Source: Methylococcaceae bacterium
Lineage (GTDB): Bacteria > Pseudomonadota > Gammaproteobacteria > Methylococcales > Methylococcaceae
Assembly (NCBI GenBank): GCA_004299145.1
Contig: SCQD01000173.1
Coordinates: forward strand, 253-64,252
Length of the DNA: 64,000 bases
Direction: 5' to 3'
The notes below the pieces were generated by a model. The model had not been told where the DNA came from and did no database searches. It worked only from the letters and a program-made list of their open reading frames with translations. This document shows positions 46,481 to 55,400 of the stretch, in pieces; position 1 is the first letter of the stretch; every line of letters begins with the position of its first letter. A program made the translations under genes and the position numbers.

Positions 46481-49400
46481 ATGACGGGCTTACTGGCGCA
46501 AACCATCCGCGCCATCATCGCCGGTAGCGTCGCGATGGGTGCCGGCGTATCGCCGGCCTACGCCGAACTGCCGGTGCCGCTCACCCCCGTCACCCTGTCG
46601 AAAACCCCCGTCGACATCGCGACCCAGGGCCAGGCGACGGCGGCCATCGCCGGCCATGCCATGACCATCAAACAGCTCAGCGACAAAACCACGCTGGATT
46701 GGCAGCGCTTCAATATCGGCGCCGGCAACAGCGTGCGCTTCGAGCAGCCTTCCTCTTCCTCGGTCGCGCTCAACAACATCCATCAGGCCGACCCCAGCCG
46801 CATCCTCGGCACGCTGACCGCCAACGGCCAGGTCTATCTGGTCAACCAGAACGGCTTTGTGTTCGGCAAGGATTCCCAGGTCAACGTCAACGCGCTGGTC
46901 GCCACCACGCTGGGCATCAGCGACACCGTGTTCCAGAACGGCATCACCCAAGCGTTCGACCTGGACGGCTCCGCCGCGCTGCAAGGCAGCGGCGAGGTCT
47001 ATCTCAAAGATAACAACGGCGCGTACCTGCTGGACGGCCAGGGCCAAAAAATCAAAATCCAGATTCTGCTGGAAAACGGCGCCGGCATCCGCAGCAACGC
47101 TCCCGGCGGCCGCGTCATCCTCGCCGCGCCGGTCATCGACAACGCCGGGGACATCAGCACGCCGGATGGTCAAACGATACTGGCGGCGGCCAAGGACAAG
47201 GTATATTTGCAGGAAGCCGGCGCCGATTCCGGCATACGCGGCCTGCTGGTGGAAGTCGGCAGCGGCGGCGCAGTGAACAACGTCGGCAAAGTGCTGGCCG
47301 AGCGCGGCAACGCCAGCCTGCTGGGCTTTGCCGTCAATCAGCGCGGCCTGGTGTCGGCGACCACCTCGGTCAGCCTCAACGGCTCGGTACGGCTGCTGGC
47401 GCGCGAAGGCATACAAGACCCTTCCGGCAGCGGCGGCAAACTGCTGCCCGCCGCCACCGTGCGCGCCGAGGCGCTGGACGACGGCCTGGGCGGCAAAGCC
47501 GGCGTGCACCTGGCCGGCGGCAGCCTGACCCAGGTCGGGCTGGACGCCGATAAAACCGCCACCGCCATCGACGCCCAGACGCAAAACCGCTCGCACGTCG
47601 AAATCAGCGGCCACGACGTGACGGTGCAGGCCGGCGCCACCATACAGGCGCAATCCGGCAATATCGACATCGCCGCCGTCGACGATCCCACCGACCCCGG
47701 CATCAAAGGCGATGCGCGCGTGGTGCTGGAAGCGGGCAGCCGCATCGACGCCGCCGGCGTGAAAAACCTCAGCCTGCCGGTGCAGCGCAACGTCGTTCAA
47801 GTGGAATTGCGTGCCAACGAACTGCGCGACGCACCGGCGCAGCGCGGCGGCGTGCTGTATGGACAAACGGTGGCGGTGGACCTGCGCGAGGCCAAACTGG
47901 CTTACGACGCCGACAGCGGCGCGCTGACCAGCGCCGGCATTCCCGTGGCCGACATCAAAGGCGCGGTGGACCGCATCGCCCGCAATATCGACGAGCGCAG
48001 CACCAGCGGCGGCACGGTGACGCTCAAATCCAGCGGCGACGTGGTCACGCAGTCCGGCAGCGTCATCGACATTTCCGGCGGCTCCATCGCCTATCGGAGC
48101 GGCACCATTGCCACCACCCAACTGGTGGCCGATGGCCAGGTGTTCGACATCGCCCACGCCGATCCCAACCGGCATTACGACGCCATCCTGGGCCAGGCGC
48201 AAGAAACGCATCCGCACTGGGGCATCACCGAGAACTGGACCATCCCCGGTCTGGCGCTGCAACGCTTTGAACCCGGCTATCTCGAAGGCAAGGCCGGCGG
48301 CACGCTGCACATCGCCGCCTACCAGGCCTGGCTGGACGGCGCGGTGGACGGCGGCACCGTGGCCGGTCCCTTGCAGCGCACGGCCGACAGCCGCGCCGCC
48401 GGCAGCACCTGGGTGCTCGATTTAAACAACAACAACCTGCTGGGCAAGCAGGATGTGGTATTCAGGCAGAACCCTCACCCCAGCCCTTTCCCGGCGGAGG
48501 GGGACTGGAGCGAGGGTTCTGCGGAAACAGCGCCGCTGACTATTGACGCCGGCTGGTTCAAACGCTCCGGCATCAGCCACGTCGAACTCAAAACCAACGG
48601 CAGCGTCAGCCTGCTGAGTGGGGCGCGCCTGGAGTTGCCGGACAACGGCAGCCTGAACCTGGCGGCAGCCGGCTTCGATATTCAGGGCGCCATCGTGGCG
48701 CCGTCCGGCACAGTGACGCTGCAACCGGTCAGCGCCGCCGACACGCGGCTGCCCAGCCCGATCACGCTGGGCGCTACCACCCTGATCGACGTGGCGGGGC
48801 GTTGGGTGAATGATCTTTTGGGCAGTCAACAAGGTAACGCCGAACTATGGAGCGCGGCGGCAGAACGCAGTGGCGACGCCGCTTTGGATTTCGCAGCCAT
48901 GCGGTTTCCTACTGGCCCACAGTCCTGGATTGATTCACAACCGGCGCTGGTTCAACAGACCTCCTCCGCTACGAAAGCCATAGCGCCGTCGCGCTATCGC
49001 TTGCCGGCGCACTCCATAGCCGACCACGGCGGTGAGGTCACCCTGGTGACCGAACAAGGCGATTTGCAGTTGGACCAAGGCAGCCGCATCGACGTCAGCG
49101 GCGGCGCCTGGCTGGACGTCGACGCCAGGCTGCACGCCGGCCAGGCCGGCGCCATCCAGCTGACCGCCGCCACGCACGACGGCGGCGGCGCGCCGTCCAG
49201 CCTGATCCTGGACGGCGCGCTGGCGGGCTGGGGGCTGACCCAGGGCGGCAGCCTCAGCCTGGACACCAGCGCCGTGGTGATCAGCGAGACGCCTCCCGCC
49301 AATTCCGTAGGGTACGCGGTGCGTACCTTCGACGACGGCGAACGGTACGCACAGCGTACCCTACAACTCACCCCGGACTTTTTCCGGCAAGGCGGTTTTG

Positions 49401-52400
49401 CTGATTACCGCCTGACCTCCAACCGCTACGGCCTGACGCTGGCCGACAATACCGCGCTGACCCTGCGCCAGCAAAACCTGCAACTGAGCGGCGCGGCGGC
49501 GCAGCAAGCCGGCGGCGTGCGCTTGCTGGACTTCAGCACGCCGGTCACTTTGCCGGACGCCGTGCGCAATCCGGTCAACCTCCAGCTGTCCCTGAGCCAA
49601 TTGCTGGCGCAGGACCGCGAGCAAAGTCTGACGATAGGCCTCAGCGCGCTGATTCAAACCGATGCCGACGGCGCGGTGCAACTGGACTCCGATACCTCGA
49701 TTCAGGTGGACGGCACGATAGTCGCGCCGGGCGGCAACATCACCCTCAACATCAATACCCCCAGCGCCGGCGACAAAGGTTACTTCGCTACCCAGGGCAT
49801 CCAGCTGGGCGCGGCCAGCCGCCTGCTGGCGCCGGGCGCTTTCAAGCCGACCTTGAACGAGGCCGGCCTGAAAACCGGCGAGGTGCTGTCCGGCGGCAAC
49901 GTGACGCTGACCGCCAGGCGCGGTTACATCGTCAGCAGCCCCGGCTCGCTGATCGACGTTTCCGGCACCGCGGCATCCCTGGACATTCAATACAGCGCCG
50001 CCGCCGGCCTGCCGGTCGTCAGGCAGCAAATCGTCTCCTCCGGCGGCAACATCACGCTGCGCGCCGGTGAAGGCATGCTGGCCGAAGGCAGCCTGCTGGC
50101 CAAGGGCGGCGACGGCGCCGCCGGCGGTGCGCTGTCGGTCGAACTGAACCGCAACTTGCGCAACAAGCCGCTGATTCCGCTCAGCGACGGTCTGTTCCCG
50201 GACGATGTCGACGCCGCGTTGCCGCGCAGCATCGTGATCAGCGACACGGACAGCCATCCGGCTTCCTCGCCTTCCAGCGGTATGGCCTGGTTCAACAGCG
50301 CACAACTGAACGACGCCGGTTTCGACTCATTGCGCTTCAAAACCGACGTGCTGGGTGCCGACGGCACCTACGCCGGCAATATTCAATTCAAAGGCAACGT
50401 GCAATTGAGCGCGCCACGGCAGATCGTGCTGGATACGCCGCAGCTGAAAACGGCGGGCGGCATCATCGGCCTGCATACCGATTATGCCGCGTTGGGTTCC
50501 AGCGGCAGCCGCATCGATACCGACCTGGGCGACGGCAGCTTTTCCAGCACGCTGGCCCCGGCCCCCAAAACCGGCTCCGGCAGTTTCAGCGTCAGCGCGC
50601 AAGGCATCGATCTGATCGGCGGCTTGAGCTTCAACGGCTTCGATAAAGTCCACCTGAACAGCCAGGGCGATGTGCGCACCATCGGCATCCGCGTTCGCTC
50701 CGACACCAAGGATTATCTGGGTCAGTTGAAACTGGCCGGCGACTTGACGATCCAGGCCAGCCAGGTCTATCCGGCCACGCTCAGCGATTACCGCATCAAC
50801 CTGAGCGGCGATCAGGCAACGCTGACGCTGTCGAACAGCGGCGCGGCACCGTCGCCGGTGTATTCCGCCGCCGGCAAACTGACGCTCAGCGCAGCCGACA
50901 TCCAGCAAAGCGGCGTGTTGAAAGCGCCGTTCGGTACGCTGGTGTTGGACGCGGCCAGGCAGCTGACGCTGGCCCCCGGCAGCCTGACCTCGGTATCCGG
51001 CGCCGGCCTGACCGTGCTGTTCGGCCAGGGCTCGGGCGGCATGAACTGGCTGTATCCGCTGGACAGCACCGGCAACACCAATCTCGCCATCGATCACCCG
51101 CCGGAAAAACATATCAGCCTGACCGGCAAAAACATCGCCTTGCAGGACGGCGCCAAAGTCGAGCTGTCCGGCGGCGGCGATCTGTACGCCTATGAATTCA
51201 TCGCCGGCCCCGGCGGCTCGGTCGACGTGCTCGATCCCAGTGCGGCAGGCTACACGCCCAAATACGCCGTGCTGCCGACGCTGAACCACGCGCTGACGCC
51301 TTACGATCCCAAAGAATTCGCCGCGGCGGGGCTCCAGGTGGGCGACAGCGTTTACCTCAGCAGCGGTTCAGCGCTGGCGGCCGGCTGGTACACGCTGCTG
51401 CCGGCGCACTACGCGCTGCTGCCGGGGGCTTACTTGCTGACGCCGCAGGCGGACAGCCGCGACCGGCTGCCCGGCCAGGCCAGCACCGACCTGCTGGGCG
51501 CCACCCTCATCGCGGGCCGTTACGGCGCCGCCGGCACGGCAACCGGCGATGGCCGCTGGCAAGGCTTTGCCGTGGAACCCGGTGCCGTGGCGCGGACCCG
51601 TGCGCAGTACACGGACTATCTGGCGAACCGCTTTTTCGCCGAGCAAGCGGCAGCCGGCGGCGGCGTAAGCGCGCGGGCTTTGCCGCAAGACGCCGGCAGC
51701 CTGGCGCTCAGCGCGCAGACCGGTTTAACGCTGGGCGCCGAACTGGCGGCGGCTCCCGCCGGCGGCGGCTTGGGGGGACAGGTCGACATCAGCGCCACCC
51801 ACTTGGCGATTATCGGGCGGCGAGAGGATGATGAAGCGGCGGCTGGCACGGTCTACCTGCCGGCGGACGCGCTGAACCAGCTCAATGCCCCCAGCCTGTT
51901 GCTGGGCGGCGTGCGCAGCCAAAGCGCGAACGGCCGGCGCGTAACGGTGGCGGCGCAAACGCTGACCATCGCCGGCAACGCGGCATTGCGCGGCGCTGAA
52001 ATCCTGCTGGCCGCACAAAACACGCTGAAGCTGGAATCCGGCGCGCTGGTGAGCAGCACCGGCAAAAACGGCGGCGGCGGCGTCGATTTACAGGTAGCCA
52101 ACCAGGGGCAAAACAGCGGTGACGGCGTGCTGCTGCGCGTGTCCGCCTCCGGCCAGGCCGACATCGACCGTGTTGGGCGCGTCACCGGCAAAACCGGCAC
52201 GCTGATCGTCGAAAGCGGCGCGCGGCTGGCATCGGACAACTCGATGCTGTTGGACGCCACGCAGAATACGGTATTCGACGGCGCCATCGACATGCGGGGC
52301 GGCTCGCTGGCGCTCAGGGCCGGCAAGATCAGCCTGGGCGATGCGCCCAAAGGCACGACCGGCCTGGTGCTGTCTTCCGCCCATTTCGACCTGGACGAAT

Positions 52401-55400
52401 TGCAGCTGAGCAGTACCGGCAACCTGGACATATACGGCAACGTCGCCGTCGATGCCGGCCTGCTCGCCGTCGACGCCGCGGCCATCGACGGCCATGGCAA
52501 CGCCGATGCCACGCTGACGGCGGAGGTTTTGCGGTTGGGGTATAGCGGTGATGGTACCCGTTCCTCGTTCCCAAGCTCCAGCTTGGAAACGAGGACTGGG
52601 AAGCTCCGGCTTCCCGAACCCGATCCGGAGCTTGGGAACCAGCGGAACTTTCGTTTTCAGACACAAGGGCTTTCAACTCTCGAACAGCGCTTTATGTTTT
52701 TGCAACCCGGAGGGTTGCCAGCCATTAGCCGGGGGTTGAGCGGAGCGACACCCCCGGTAACGGACATCGATATGAAGCCCACGACCCTGGAGGGGTCGCA
52801 GCGGGCCACGGAGCGCGAATCTCTGCGACCCCTCCAGGGTCGCATGGATCAAACCACCATCCCATCCGGGGGTGTCGCTGGCGCTCAACCCCCGGCTAAT
52901 AGCTTGGAACCCTCCGGGTTCCCTCGTTTCCGCTCGTTCCCAAGCTCCAGCTTGGGAACGAGGACTGGGAAGCTCTGGCTTCCCGAGTTCGAACAGACGG
53001 GAAACCGGAGCTTCCCGGATCGGGTTCCCAAGCCGGAGCTTGGGAACCAGCGGAACCAACTGCTGCTACACGCCGACCAGATACAACTGGCCAGCGGCGA
53101 TTACGCGATCACCGGCTTCGGCCAGGTCGATCTGCGCGCCACCACGGCCATTAAAGGTCTGGGCCAGACGCTGGACCCGCTCACCGGCCAGGCCAGTCTG
53201 GCCGCCGCCGGCAACTTGAGCGTTGCGGGCGATCTGCACTTGCAAGCCGGCCACTACACCGGCGCTGCCGGCGCCACCACCCGCATCGACGCCGGCGAGC
53301 ATGCGGTGACGATCACCTCCCCCGGCAGCGCCGACCCGGCCTGGAGCAGCGGGTTGGGCGCCAGCTTGAGCATCAGCGGCGCAAGCATCGCCGGTAGCGG
53401 CCGCTTCGATCTGCCGTCCGGCAGGCTGGAACTTACCGCCACGCAAGGCGATGTCGCGCTGAACAGCGGCACCCATATTGACGTGTCGGGCCGGGCACTG
53501 ACCTTTGCCGAGCTGACGCGCTATGCACCCGCCGGCAGCGTGTCGCTGGCGGCGCCGCGCGGCAATGTCGATCTCGCCGCCGGCGCCGGCATCGATCTGA
53601 GCAGCGCGGCCAGCGACGCACTGCCCTTCGGCGACGCCGGGTTGCTGAAGATCAGCGCGCCCCAGGGCCGGTTTTTGTGGAACGGAACGATTACCGCGCT
53701 GGGCGGCGTTGCGGGTGATTCGGCTGATTCCGGCGTGATGCCTCGTGGTGAGGAGACCGGGGGCAAAGATATGGCTGAAAACAACCTGTTCGACGGGGCA
53801 ACACCGCCACAAGGCCAATTCCAGCTCGACGTCGACAACTTCGGCGCGGGCGGCTTTTCGGCGCTCAACCGCAAGCTGGCGGCGGCGGGTTTCAGCGCGG
53901 CGCTGACGCTGCAACAGCGCAGCGGCGACATCGCCATTACCGCCGACGACACGGTCACCGCTCACCAGTTGGTATTACGTGCCGATCAAGGCGGGGTGAC
54001 GATAGACGGCGGCATCGACGCGAGCGGCGCCCGGGCCGGCGAGGTGTCGATCCATGGCGGCAACGGCATCACGCTGGGCGCCACCGGCAAGATCGCCGCC
54101 AACGCCACGGCGGCCGGTGCCGACGGCGGCAGCGTGATGCTGGATGCTGTGCCTGGGAGCGCGGCCATCCTGGCCGCATCCTGGGGCCGCGGCCATCTTG
54201 GCCGCAGTGCGGGCGGGACGCCCGCGCTCCCAGGGTTAGACCTCTCCCACACCGGCACCGTCATCGACGTCTCCGGCGGCCAGGGCGGCGCCGGCGGCTC
54301 CGTCCATCTGCGCGCCGGCCGCGACGACGCGCAGCACAGCGTCGCCGTCACCGACATAAACACCCGCATCGTCGGCGCCGCTCCCGAACGCACCGTGTTG
54401 GAAGCCGTCCGCGTTTACGACGGTCAGTCGGTCATCGACGCGGACGCCATCGCCGCCTGGCAGTCGGACACCAGCCGTTTCATGGCGACCGCAATCAGCC
54501 CGGCCAATGCGTCCGGCGCGGCCATCCCACTGCTGCCCGGCCTCGAAATCCGCGGCAACGCCGATCTGACCTTGGCCAGCCGCTGGGATTTGCTGAGCTG
54601 GCGCTATAACGATGCCGAGGGCGCGGCAACCTTGCCGGGCTTTTTGACGCTGCGAGCGAACGGCGATTTGAACGTCAAAGCCACGCTGAGCGACGCCTTC
54701 GCCACCGCGCTGATTCCCGGCCAGACCTCGACCCAGTTGCAGGATCTGCTGCAACCCGGACGCTCGTGGAGCTATCAATTGATCGCCGGCGGCGACCTCA
54801 CGCTGGCCCATAGCTACAGCGCGCCCGATCCTTTCGGTTATGGGCAAAAAGTCGACAGCCAAGTGATGGTCCGTACCGGCACCGGCGCCATCGCACTACA
54901 AGCGGGCGGCGATATTCAGTTTGCCGGCAACCGTTATGACCCTAACGCGGCGGCAGCGGTGTACACCATGGGCAGGCCCGCCGACTACACCCGCGGCCAA
55001 TTGCTGAGCGGCGCGGTGCCGGGCGTACCGGCCAGGCTGGACGGCGAAACCGACGCCGCCTATCTGAACCGCCTCGATCCCGCACAGATGAATACGCTGC
55101 TGCGCTACGGCTATTTCAACGAAACCCTGCTGGGCCTGGCGTTCAGCGTGGCGGAATATCCGACCCAGGGCGGCGCCGTTAAGCTCACTGCCGGCGGCAA
55201 TATCACCGGCATCGCCACCGGTCAGGAAATCAGCGACTGGCAGGTGCGCAGCGGCGTCATCGACGTCAACTTCCGGCCTACCGCCTGGGGCATCAACGTC
55301 AGCGGCGACCGCAGCGGCGCCGTCAATAATATTTCCGCCAAGGGCCTGCGCTATTTCAACCAGAACGTCGGCGCGCTGGGCGGCGGCGACGTCACGGTCA

